From an uncultured Planctomycetales bacterium (GTDB lineage: Bacteria; Omnitrophota; Gorgyraeia; Zapsychrales; Zapsychraceae), in assembly GCA_964535935.1 (NCBI GenBank), contig CAZHWM010000007.1, forward strand, positions 37,708 to 101,707: a stretch of DNA of 64,000 nt, written 5' to 3'. Under the pieces are notes generated by a model. The model had not been told where the DNA came from, did no database searches, and saw only the letters and a list, made by a program, of their open reading frames with translations. Both the position numbers and the translations under genes were made by a program. Below, piece by piece: positions 36,860 to 46,219 of this stretch (within the stretch, counting starts at the first letter, position 1; every line of letters begins with the position of its first letter).

Positions 36860-36937
36860 TTTTTACCTCTTAATTTTATAATACCACCCTACTATTTATA
36901 TATAGTTATATTACTTTTAATAAATTAATTAAATTAA

Positions 36938-38245
36938 TTATAAGCGTAGAATCTTTTTACTTTTCCTATCTTTATATACATTACGTGTATCAAAAATAAC
37001 CTTTGCATACTTCAATATAAAACTATAATCCACAGCACTATGATCCGTAGCAACAACAACACAATCATATCTTTTTATTGCACTAGCAGATAATTTAATT
37101 GATAACATATGAAGATCATTTATATCTATATAAGGGATTATAGGATCATAATAATCAACAGTATATCCTGCATCTTGCAATATCTCAATCAATTTAAGAG
37201 ATGGTGATTTTCGTAAATCTTTAACATCTTTCTTATAAGTAACCCCTAATACAAGAATCCTTCCGGCATCAATATCTTCACCTTTACCTTTATCTAATAG
37301 GATATCTCTTATCCTTCCTAGCACATAATACGGCATATACGCATTTGTATCCGCTGCTAACTTTATAAACTTTGAGCTAAATCCATGATATTTAGCCTTC
37401 CAATACAGATAAAGTGGATCATCTGGTATACAGTGCCCCCCTACTCCTAACCCTGGATAAAATGGCATAAATCCAAACGGTTTTGTCTTAGCCGCCTCTA
37501 TAACCTCCCATACATCAATTCCAAGCTTGCCGCACATCATAGCAACCTCATTAATCCAACCTATATTGATTATCCTGAAAGAATTCTCTAATAATTTTGT
37601 CATCTCCGCTGTCCTAGCAGAGGAGACCAAATGTATCTTTCTAATTATTTTTTTGTATAACAATTTTGTAAGTTCTCCTGACTGAGGAGTAAGCCCTCCT
37701 ACAACCTTCGGTATCTTTGTAACATCATAGCTCTTATTACCTGGATCAATTCTCTCTGGAGAAAATGAAAGAAAAAAATCCTTACCTGCTTTAAGCCCAC
37801 TCTTCTCCAGTTCTGGTAAGATAACCTCTTCCGTAGTCCCCGGATAAGTTGTACTCTCCAATACGACAAGATGCTCCTTGCGCAAAAACTTTCTAATAGT
37901 TCTTACAGCACTCAAGATATAAGTAATATCCGGAGTATATTTTCTTTTAAGTGGGGTTGGGACACAAATGATAATGACATCAACCTCTGAGAGAATATCA
38001 AAATCCAGTTGAGCGCTAAAAAATCCATTATCAATTACTTTAGACAAATCCTTAACAGATACATCCAGAATATAACTCTCTTTACTATTTACCCTTTCTA
38101 CCCTATCAGTATCTTTGTCCAAACCATAAACCCTAAAACCTGCCTTTGCAAAACTCACTGCCAAAGGCAGACCAACATAGCCAAGACCAATCACTGCTAT
38201 CCTGGCCTTACCTGAAGATATTTTTCTTTTCAATGTAGTTCTCAT
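36938..38245 (-). CDS. UDP-N-acetyl-hexosamine 6-dehydrogenase (WbpA/TviB/WecC-type nucleotide-sugar dehydrogenase)
   Basis: 435 aa. Rossmann IAVIGLGYVGLPLAVSFA and catalytic-Cys region PGLGVGGHCIPDDP. Substrate assignment is at family level only. Confidence 0.85.
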   Translation of the reverse strand: MRTTLKRKISSGKARIAVIGLGYVGLPLAVSFAKAGFRVYGLDKDTDRVERVNSKESYILDVSVKDLSKVIDNGFFSAQLDFDILSEVDVIIICVPTPLKRKYTPDITYILSAVRTIRKFLRKEHLVVLESTTYPGTTEEVILPELEKSGLKAGKDFFLSFSPERIDPGNKSYDVTKIPKVVGGLTPQSGELTKLLYKKIIRKIHLVSSARTAEMTKLLENSFRIINIGWINEVAMMCGKLGIDVWEVIEAAKTKPFGFMPFYPGLGVGGHCIPDDPLYLYWKAKYHGFSSKFIKLAADTNAYMPYYVLGRIRDILLDKGKGEDIDAGRILVLGVTYKKDVKDLRKSPSLKLIEILQDAGYTVDYYDPIIPYIDINDLHMLSIKLSASAIKRYDCVVVATDHSAVDYSFILKYAKVIFDTRNVYKDRKSKKILRL

Positions 38246-38261
38246 ATCATAACCTCAAATT

Positions 38262-39587
38262 TTATCTTACCCCACGACCTATTCCATAATATTCAAAACC
38301 TAGTTTTTCAAGACCTTTATTATAATAAAGGTTCCTGCCATCAAATAATAACGGCTGTTTCATCAAGGTAGCTATCTTTTTAAAATCTAAGTCACGAAAC
38401 TCATCCCACTCTGTCAACAATAATAAACAATCACACTCAGCTGCTGTTGCATAAGGATCTTTACAATATTCAACTGACTTTAATACCTTAGCTGCCTGTT
38501 TCATTGCAACAGGATCATATGCCTTAATCCTTGCACCTTCTTTCTGCAGCATATTAATAATATCTATGGCAGGGGCATTACGCATATCATCAGTATTAGG
38601 CTTAAATGCCAACCCCAAAACACCAATAACCTTATTCTTTATAATCCAAAGTTTATCTTCTATTAGTTTCACAAATGATGTTTTCTGTTGTTCATTTACT
38701 GCCCTTACTTCTTTTAATAAAGAAAAATCATAGCCATTTTTCTCACTAAGGCGAATGAAGGCATCAACATCCTTTGGGAAACAACTACCTCCGTAACCTA
38801 TTCCTGCATTTAAAAATTTAGGGCCTATACGTTTATCCAATCCCATACCTTCCGCAACCTTAATAACATCAGCCCCAATATAATCACATACCTGAGCTAT
38901 AGCATTTATAAAAGATATCTTCATTGCAAGAAAAGAATTTGATGCATGTTTAATAATTTCAGCTGAATTAATATCAGTTACTACAATACGTGCCTTAAGA
39001 GGTCTATACATCTCACGGAACAATTTCTCCGCCCTTTTACTACTTACACCCACAACTATCCTATCAGGTTTCATAAAATCCTCTACTGCAGAGCCTTCCT
39101 TTAAAAATTCAGGATTTGAAGCAACATCGAATTCAAATGCCTTCCCTTTATCTTTATATTTTTTAGGTAAATTAATCCGTATAGTCTTTTCTACCCGCTT
39201 ACCAGTCTCTGCTGGTACAGTAGATTTTTCAATGATAAGTCTGTATGAAGTCATATTCTCTGCTATCTGTCGAGCTACATTCTCAACATATGTAAGGTCA
39301 GCATCTCCATTTTTCTTAGAAGGCGTCCCTACTGCAATAAAAATAGCAAGCGATCTTCTAGTAGCCTCTCTTATCGATGTAGTAAAGGATATTCTGCTTG
39401 CCTTTAAATTTTTCTGCAAAAGCTCATCAAGACCAGGTTCATAAATGGGAACCTTGCCTTGCCTGAGTTTTCTTATCTTCTCTTTATCCACGTCAACACA
39501 TATAACATTATGCCCTATCTCAGCAAGACAGACCCCCGTAACTAATCCGACATATCCTGAACCAATAACTGCTATCTCCATCTTCAT
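38262..39587 (-). CDS. ugd: UDP-glucose 6-dehydrogenase
   Basis: 441 aa. IAVIGSGYVGLVTGVCLA, NPEFLKEG, GIGYGGSCFPKD. Confidence 0.9.
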   Translation of the reverse strand: MKMEIAVIGSGYVGLVTGVCLAEIGHNVICVDVDKEKIRKLRQGKVPIYEPGLDELLQKNLKASRISFTTSIREATRRSLAIFIAVGTPSKKNGDADLTYVENVARQIAENMTSYRLIIEKSTVPAETGKRVEKTIRINLPKKYKDKGKAFEFDVASNPEFLKEGSAVEDFMKPDRIVVGVSSKRAEKLFREMYRPLKARIVVTDINSAEIIKHASNSFLAMKISFINAIAQVCDYIGADVIKVAEGMGLDKRIGPKFLNAGIGYGGSCFPKDVDAFIRLSEKNGYDFSLLKEVRAVNEQQKTSFVKLIEDKLWIIKNKVIGVLGLAFKPNTDDMRNAPAIDIINMLQKEGARIKAYDPVAMKQAAKVLKSVEYCKDPYATAAECDCLLLLTEWDEFRDLDFKKIATLMKQPLLFDGRNLYYNKGLEKLGFEYYGIGRGVR

Positions 39588-39592
39588 TCCTC

Positions 39593-41713
39593 CTAATATG
39601 ACTGCGAACCCGCCTTTCTTTTGTTAAAACTCGTTCCGGCCTCAATCCCTATATCAGGAAAAGCCTTAAGTCGAAACATCAAAAGAATCTCATCACCGCT
39701 GTTTCTGGTTTCGTTAAAATTTATTTCCATCTGCCACGCATGCAGATCTCTTGTAACAGCAACATCAAATTCCTTTTGACTCCCGCTCTCCACATCTATA
39801 CGTTCATACAAAGATATCTTCCACTTAGGATTTATAGTATAGTTTAATTGTGTTGTAATCTGATCATCTACTTCCTTCTTCCATCGTTTGCTCATATTAA
39901 ACGACCAATTGGCCCCACAGTTAATATAAATATCAAAATTTGCCTCACTCAGGGCATCTCGATGTGCATCATATTTAGCATCAAAATAAAACTTTAACCA
40001 ATCAGAAGGGAAAATATCGATATCTGCTGTAATCTGATTAAATCCTCCCTTTCCAGGATGCTCCTTAAGATAAAAATCTGTGCTAAGATTAACCCTTGCA
40101 AAATCCACTGTTTTATCGTTTCTTTTTGTCTGGAATTTATTCTCCAAACCAAACACAATTTTATGTTCCCTTTCCTGAGAATCAATACTATCATAACTAT
40201 CCAAATATGAGGAGGGAATAGTAGGATTACTCTTATAACTATATGAAATTGTAGGCGTAACAATATGTCTTAATCTATGAATATTAATACCAAAGGCATC
40301 GACATTCACGTCAAATATCCTATAAAACTTGGCACTCATGCTCACACCAGTAAAAAATATCCCTCTTATCGAATTATCCACCTTTGTATTTTTAGCTCGA
40401 CTATAATATGTATGCCTTCCTCCTACATATGGTTTAACTTCTATAAACGATACCTTCATTGGATAAGATATCTCTGTATTAACATCAAGACGCATAGTCT
40501 TCTGCCTTACCTCACTTGGAGAAGGCGTCTTTTTCACTAAATTCGAATACGTAGTCGTATTAGTAATATAAACACCTGTATTAGCTATCTCATGATTTAT
40601 TATATTGTACTGTATTTCAGGCAACCGTTCTACTTTTGCCTCAAAACGATTTACTCTTGCCTCTGCACGAAAGCTCAATGTCCCAACACTAAGATTACGG
40701 GTAATAAAAAAATAGGTATCTGGAGAGCTGTCCTTGTCATATTCACTTTCAAAATAATCTTTAAGGAATGTGTTGTCACTTAATTTATAGTATTGTAAAA
40801 TCGCATCTGTCTTATCATCTATATCCCATTTATGCCTCCACTCTACCCTAAACCTTTCTCTTTCTATTGTAGGAGAAGGCCTTTTTCTATAGAAACGTTT
40901 TGCTGTAATGCTCCTTTCATTCATATAATAAGTACGGATAATACCACTCCCCATATTTTGGGTTGAATAATCTAAATCAATCCCCCACGCAATATCTTTT
41001 TTCTCTCTTGCATCAAGATGGAGAACACCTTTAAAATCATCATTCAAATAATACCTCCATTGTGAAAGCAAAAATAACCCCCAATCTTTATCATAACCCG
41101 GAGTAACTACAATCTTAGCCTTACGGTCTTTAAGGTTCTGGGTATAATGCGGCAAAAACATTACAGGGATCTTACCTAACAGCATCCGCACATCTTTCGA
41201 AACCACCTTTTCCCCTGGGAACAGATCAATTCGAGAAGATGTAAGTCGATATTCAGGATCGTCAAAGTCTGAAGTAGTAATATATCCATCATAAAGAACA
41301 ACCCTACCGTCTGAAAATTTATAAACTTTATCTGCTGCACCATAAAAAGGTGGGAAAACTATCTTTGAATTCAGGAAATCTCCCTCGCCTGTCTCAAAAT
41401 TATACGTTATTTTATCTGCTGAAATTTGACCATCTTTCACTATTAAATGCACATCACCATATGCGGTAGCTAGCATCTTATCACGATAAAATTCTATTCT
41501 ATCACACCTTAACACAGCTCCCTTATAAACAGCCTCAACCCTACCTTCAGCCAACACCTTATTCCCTTTCATTGAATACTCTATTTTATCGCCATTCAAC
41601 TCTACCTTATCTTTAGAGAATAAATTATCCGGATGGAAAAAAATAATACTTGCTAATATAATAAAAAAACAGTGTTTTACTACTCGTAATTGATTATGAC
41701 TTATACGGTTCAT
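39593..41713 (-). CDS. lptD: LPS-assembly outer-membrane protein LptD (OstA family)
   Basis: 706 aa. Signal sequence, N-terminal OstA-like beta-jellyroll (LNGDKIEY...GNKVLAEGRVEAVYKGAVLRCDRIEF) and a large aromatic-rich beta-barrel. Confidence 0.8.
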   Translation of the reverse strand: MNRISHNQLRVVKHCFFIILASIIFFHPDNLFSKDKVELNGDKIEYSMKGNKVLAEGRVEAVYKGAVLRCDRIEFYRDKMLATAYGDVHLIVKDGQISADKITYNFETGEGDFLNSKIVFPPFYGAADKVYKFSDGRVVLYDGYITTSDFDDPEYRLTSSRIDLFPGEKVVSKDVRMLLGKIPVMFLPHYTQNLKDRKAKIVVTPGYDKDWGLFLLSQWRYYLNDDFKGVLHLDAREKKDIAWGIDLDYSTQNMGSGIIRTYYMNERSITAKRFYRKRPSPTIERERFRVEWRHKWDIDDKTDAILQYYKLSDNTFLKDYFESEYDKDSSPDTYFFITRNLSVGTLSFRAEARVNRFEAKVERLPEIQYNIINHEIANTGVYITNTTTYSNLVKKTPSPSEVRQKTMRLDVNTEISYPMKVSFIEVKPYVGGRHTYYSRAKNTKVDNSIRGIFFTGVSMSAKFYRIFDVNVDAFGINIHRLRHIVTPTISYSYKSNPTIPSSYLDSYDSIDSQEREHKIVFGLENKFQTKRNDKTVDFARVNLSTDFYLKEHPGKGGFNQITADIDIFPSDWLKFYFDAKYDAHRDALSEANFDIYINCGANWSFNMSKRWKKEVDDQITTQLNYTINPKWKISLYERIDVESGSQKEFDVAVTRDLHAWQMEINFNETRNSGDEILLMFRLKAFPDIGIEAGTSFNKRKAGSQSY

Positions 41714-41744
41714 TCTTATTAAAATAATATATATTATAATCCCT

Positions 41745-42683
41745 CTACTTAGATAAATTAGACAAATATTTCTTTACCAAAACATACGCCCCTATAATAC
41801 CTGCATCACTACCTAATCTTGCTTTAGTAATTTTTACCATCTTCGCCTGAACGCTCATTGATCTTTCTTTTACTATTCTATTTATAGTCGCAATCATAAA
41901 CTGATAACTATTAGATACACCTCCTCCTATAATAATCAACCTCGGATTAAGAAGATTTACAATACTCACCAATCCATTTCCTATATGTATAGCGACCTCT
42001 TCCCAAAATTTTACTGCACGCATATTCCCCGCTTTAGTAAGTTCAAAGACATCCTCCAATCGTATCTTTTTATTTTTAAATATCTTTGCTGCCTTTTCTT
42101 GTAATATCCTGTTGCCTACATAACGTTCAAAACAAGCATATCCACCACAATTACATACAGGTCCTTTCTCATTAAGAGGCATATGTCCTACTTCTCCTGC
42201 TACATACCCTTCCCCACGGTAAAGCTGTCCATTCAAAATCAAACCTCCTCCTATACCTGTCCCTAAAGTAATACATACAAGATTATTATATCCTTTCCCT
42301 GCTCCAAATCTCCATTCTCCTAAAGTAACAAGATTGACATCGTTATCTAAAAAGACTGGAAGAGATAATTTTTTTTCCATAATTCTTTTAAGAAATACGT
42401 CTTTCCATCCAGGCACATTAGGCAAAAATTTTACAACACCTCTATCCGGATCAACTAAACCAGGAAGTCCTATCCCAATCCCTAATATATCCTTGTTATA
42501 AAGCCCATTACCATCTATTAATCTTATAATTGTATCTACTATAGCAGATATTAATTTCCTCCTTTTCCCTTCATAATTACCTGTCTCCAATGCACTCCTA
42601 GATATAATCTTTCCCTTATCATTAACTACTCCTAATTTTATATTGGTCCCGCCTACATCAATACCTATAACATATCTCTTCAT
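41745..42683 (-). CDS. ROK-family sugar kinase (glucokinase-like)
   Basis: 312 aa. IGIDVGGTNIK, DNDVNLVTLGE, GTGIGGGLI and the ROK zinc motif GHMPL...CNCGGYACFE. Confidence 0.85.
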   Translation of the reverse strand: MKRYVIGIDVGGTNIKLGVVNDKGKIISRSALETGNYEGKRRKLISAIVDTIIRLIDGNGLYNKDILGIGIGLPGLVDPDRGVVKFLPNVPGWKDVFLKRIMEKKLSLPVFLDNDVNLVTLGEWRFGAGKGYNNLVCITLGTGIGGGLILNGQLYRGEGYVAGEVGHMPLNEKGPVCNCGGYACFERYVGNRILQEKAAKIFKNKKIRLEDVFELTKAGNMRAVKFWEEVAIHIGNGLVSIVNLLNPRLIIIGGGVSNSYQFMIATINRIVKERSMSVQAKMVKITKARLGSDAGIIGAYVLVKKYLSNLSK

Positions 42684-42777
42684 AACATCACCTATTATAA
42701 ATTTTAAGGGTTTATAATATTAAAATTTTTTATATTTTACCATAGGATTTATAAGTTTCTATGGAAAAGCCATTAAT

Positions 42778-43794
42778 TCATATCTGGTTCTCATCAAAAA
42801 CACAAACCCTGTTTCTCCCTAATTTTTTGGCGCGATACAATGCCCAATCTGCCTTATCTATAAGAGTTTCCTCTTCCTTTCCATCGTAAGGAAAAGTGGA
42901 TATCCCAATACTTAAAGTAACCTTCACTACAGCATCATAGACCCTAATTTTAGAGGCCTCTACAGCCTTTCGTATACGTTCTGCAACATACATAGCTCCT
43001 TGCCTATCTGTATCAGGCAAAATAATACAAAATTCCTCTCCTCCATAACGACCTGCAATATCTATTTCGCGAATATTTGTCTTAATAATAGAACCTACTT
43101 CTCTCAATATTTTATCCCCTGTCAAATGTCCATACTTATCATTACATTTTTTGAAAAGATCAATATCTACCATAAGAAACGACAATTTTATTCGTCGCAT
43201 ACTAGAACGCTTTATTTCCTCCCTAAATCTCGATAATGCATATCTTCTGGTATTTACTCCTGTGAGATTATCTGTAATAGCTACCCTCTCTATTTTTTGA
43301 TACAAACTAACTCTACGTAATGCTAAGGCAAATTGATGTGCCAAAATAACAATCTTATCTTCATCTTCTGGGGAGGCTCCTCTAATCAATAACCTTCCTA
43401 TCTGCTCCTCCCTTGCCCTAAGTAAGAAGACAAATTCTCCTTTACCCGCATGTATATCTGACTTATTATCTGTAACTGGAATAAATCTACATTCCCTAAA
43501 ACGGACATGTTCTTTTAATTTTTGTTTAAAAATATTAAAGGCTTCTTGTTGACTAATACTCTTAGTAATATCTTTCATCAACTCATACAAAACAAAGATC
43601 TCATTAGCTTCTGTCTGTAATTCTACCTTACGTGCGTCAAGTTCTTTTTTCTTGGCCTTCAAAACATAACAACGATGAGACACATTCTTAAGTTGTTGAT
43701 GTAAATCAAGTTCAAGATTTACAATCGTATTCTTACAAATAAAAAAAATTACTGCTATATAAGCAAAGACTATTATAAAATATAAAAAAATCAT
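42778..43794 (-). CDS. Membrane-anchored diguanylate cyclase (GGDEF, with RxxD I-site)
   Basis: 338 aa. N-terminal TM, coiled coil and a sensor-like region. The GGDEF domain has REID-IAGRY-GGEEF, an I-site 5 residues upstream of the active site. Confidence 0.9.
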   Translation of the reverse strand: MIFLYFIIVFAYIAVIFFICKNTIVNLELDLHQQLKNVSHRCYVLKAKKKELDARKVELQTEANEIFVLYELMKDITKSISQQEAFNIFKQKLKEHVRFRECRFIPVTDNKSDIHAGKGEFVFLLRAREEQIGRLLIRGASPEDEDKIVILAHQFALALRRVSLYQKIERVAITDNLTGVNTRRYALSRFREEIKRSSMRRIKLSFLMVDIDLFKKCNDKYGHLTGDKILREVGSIIKTNIREIDIAGRYGGEEFCIILPDTDRQGAMYVAERIRKAVEASKIRVYDAVVKVTLSIGISTFPYDGKEEETLIDKADWALYRAKKLGRNRVCVFDENQI

Positions 43795-43816
43795 ATAAAG
43801 ACCCTATAATAAGCTA

Positions 43817-45106
43817 TCAACAAATACATATTCTGTTTTTCCCATGCCGCTTAGCCTTATACATTGCAATATCTGCTTTATGTATCAAATCTTCTCGAGT
43901 TTTAGCATCTCTAGGGAACATGGCGATCCCAATAGATACCGTGATATGTGTCTTTTCCCTACGTAACACAATCTCCTCTTCCGCTATTCTGAGACGTATT
44001 CCTTCCGCCATACGCAAAGCCGTTTCCTGTCTACATTCAGTAATAATAACACAAAACTCTTCACCTCCATAACGACAAACCAAAGTCCCTGGTCTATTAA
44101 ATAATGACGATAATATCCTTCCAACTGCCTTCAATACAATATCTCCCGCAATATGTCCATATCTATCATTATATTGCTTAAAATTATCCAAATCCAACAT
44201 AAGAAACGCCATACTCCTTTGTCTACGTATATGTCTTAAAACCTCTTCCCCTAATCTGTCCATACAATAGTGTCTCAAATACAATCCTGTAAGACTATCT
44301 CGTGTTGCAAGCTGGCCGACCCTTTCATATAACTGGGCATTTTCAATAGCAATAGCGCCAAGATCTCCCACAGTAGTCAAAAATCTCAAATCATCTGTGG
44401 TGAAATAATGTTTAATATGACTATCCACCCTTAAAATACCTAAAGCCTTATTGGCAGATATCAACGGGGTGGTTATCAAAGAACAAATTCTCCGTGCCGT
44501 ACCTAAACAATTAATATCAAACCGAAAATCCGTTCTAACATCCTCCACAAGCAATGATTGCATAGTCCTTGCCACCCAATGGTCAAAAATGTCCCCCTGT
44601 TTTTCTTTTATATTAACCTTCATTCTTCCCTTATGAGAATAAGATATACCTAACTCTCCTGTCCTAGAATGAAATAGATATAATATAATAGTAACATTCT
44701 CTCCAAAATGTTTATTGAGTTCTACAGAAATAGCCTTTGATACATCATCCAAAGAAAGGCACATACTTAACTTTTCCGCAAGTCCTTTGAGTTGAAAATA
44801 ATGAATAATCTTCTCCCCAAAAGAATTTATCGCTGTTTCTTCTTTTCTAATCTCAATTTCAAGAAGATTAATCTCTTCGTGACAATGTTGAATTTTAAGC
44901 AAAATTTCTTTACGTGTCTCATGGAAACGAACATGAAGAGGGAAAAGAAGAATAAGACAAGAAGCGAATCCTAAAAATAAAGCAATAAATGCCTTTGCAT
45001 CGAATACCGTAGCATAGACAAAAAAAAGTACAGCAATAAATATCAAAATAACTGATATTACTACAGGATGAGATTTAAACAATGGTTTTCTCTGTGTCCT
45101 TATCAA
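43817..45106 (-). CDS. Membrane GAF-GGDEF diguanylate cyclase (no I-site)
   Basis: 429 aa. Two N-terminal TMs, a GAF-like domain (LLVEDVRTDFRF...ALGILRVDS...AIAIENAQLYERV), and GGDEF with RPGT-LVCRY-GGEEF, where the RxxD position lacks Asp. The ORF start overlaps the upstream ATPase gene by 32 nt, so the true start may be internal. Confidence 0.9.
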   Translation of the reverse strand: MIRTQRKPLFKSHPVVISVILIFIAVLFFVYATVFDAKAFIALFLGFASCLILLFPLHVRFHETRKEILLKIQHCHEEINLLEIEIRKEETAINSFGEKIIHYFQLKGLAEKLSMCLSLDDVSKAISVELNKHFGENVTIILYLFHSRTGELGISYSHKGRMKVNIKEKQGDIFDHWVARTMQSLLVEDVRTDFRFDINCLGTARRICSLITTPLISANKALGILRVDSHIKHYFTTDDLRFLTTVGDLGAIAIENAQLYERVGQLATRDSLTGLYLRHYCMDRLGEEVLRHIRRQRSMAFLMLDLDNFKQYNDRYGHIAGDIVLKAVGRILSSLFNRPGTLVCRYGGEEFCVIITECRQETALRMAEGIRLRIAEEEIVLRREKTHITVSIGIAMFPRDAKTREDLIHKADIAMYKAKRHGKNRICIC

Positions 45107-46181
45107 AAAAATGCACCTTATTCATATCAAGAACCAAATCCATATCTTTATTAACATCCGGTCTATTATGAGCTGCTACACGAGCGATAAAAGTATGTCT
45201 TCCGGTATTTAAATGCAAATATACCTCTGATCCCAAAGGCTCAACAACCTCACATACCGCACGAATAGTATGCTCTTCAGATGCCTCGGAAACAAAAAGT
45301 TTATCATATATATCCTCAGCCCTTACCCCCAAAATCACCTCTTTACCCTCATAGGGAGCAATCTGTTTATACATTTCTTTAACCAATCTCACCTTAAACC
45401 TACCTTCATCAAAAAAATATTTTCTTTCCTTTTTAATAATCCTACCATCCATCAAATTTATAGGAGGTGTGCCTATAAAACCTGCAACAAACTTATTGGC
45501 AGGCTTATTATAAACGGTCATCGGATCTGCACATTGTAGAAGCTTACCATCCTTCATTACCGCTATCCTATCACCCAACGTCAATGCCTCTATCTGGTCA
45601 TGAGTAACATAAATAAATGTAGTCTGTAATTTTAACCGTAATTTATGTATCTCTGTCCGCATCTGAACACGCATTTTCGCATCTAAATTACTCAAGGGTT
45701 CATCAAACAAAAATACCATAGGTTTTCTAACAATAGCTCGTCCTAACGCTACCCGCTGTCTTTCTCCTCCTGACAGTTGTCTGGGTTTTCTGTTAAGAAG
45801 ATGTCGTATTCCTAATATTTCTGTAGCCTCAATAACCCTCCTTTCAATTTCAGACTTAGGAAATTTTCTCAACCTTAATCCAAATGACATATTTTCATAT
45901 ACAGTCATATGAGGATAAAGTGCATAATTTTGAAAAACCATAGCAATATTTCTATCCTTTGCAGGGACATCGTTTACCATCCTATCCCCAATCCAAACCG
46001 TCCCTTCAGTAACCTCTTCCAGTCCAGCTATTATCCTTAATGTAGTAGATTTACCACATCCAGATGGACCAACCAGGACTAAAAATTCCTTATTTTCTAT
46101 TCCTAAAGTTATATTATCTACTGCCTTTCTCTTACTACTTGCATACACCTTTGTGACTTTCTGTAAACTTACTTGTGCCAT
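45075..46181 (-). CDS. Sugar-type ABC transporter ATP-binding protein (MalK/UgpC/MsmX family), no permease nearby
   Basis: 368 aa. Walker A GPSGCGKST, signature LSGGERQRV, Walker B VFLFDEPLSNLD, and a C-terminal MalK-like regulatory domain. Confidence 0.92.
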   Translation of the reverse strand: MAQVSLQKVTKVYASSKRKAVDNITLGIENKEFLVLVGPSGCGKSTTLRIIAGLEEVTEGTVWIGDRMVNDVPAKDRNIAMVFQNYALYPHMTVYENMSFGLRLRKFPKSEIERRVIEATEILGIRHLLNRKPRQLSGGERQRVALGRAIVRKPMVFLFDEPLSNLDAKMRVQMRTEIHKLRLKLQTTFIYVTHDQIEALTLGDRIAVMKDGKLLQCADPMTVYNKPANKFVAGFIGTPPINLMDGRIIKKERKYFFDEGRFKVRLVKEMYKQIAPYEGKEVILGVRAEDIYDKLFVSEASEEHTIRAVCEVVEPLGSEVYLHLNTGRHTFIARVAAHNRPDVNKDMDLVLDMNKVHFFDKDTEKTIV

Positions 46182-46219
46182 TTCTCTCTCAATCCTTTTT
46201 AAAGTTATATAGCCATCAT

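Noticed and set aside
42684-42777. Hairpin ccatag-N12-ctatgg between the GGDEF gene and the ROK kinase gene, as a possible terminator.
   Set aside because: The stem is only 6 bp of AT-rich sequence and has no U-tract on the transcribed strand.
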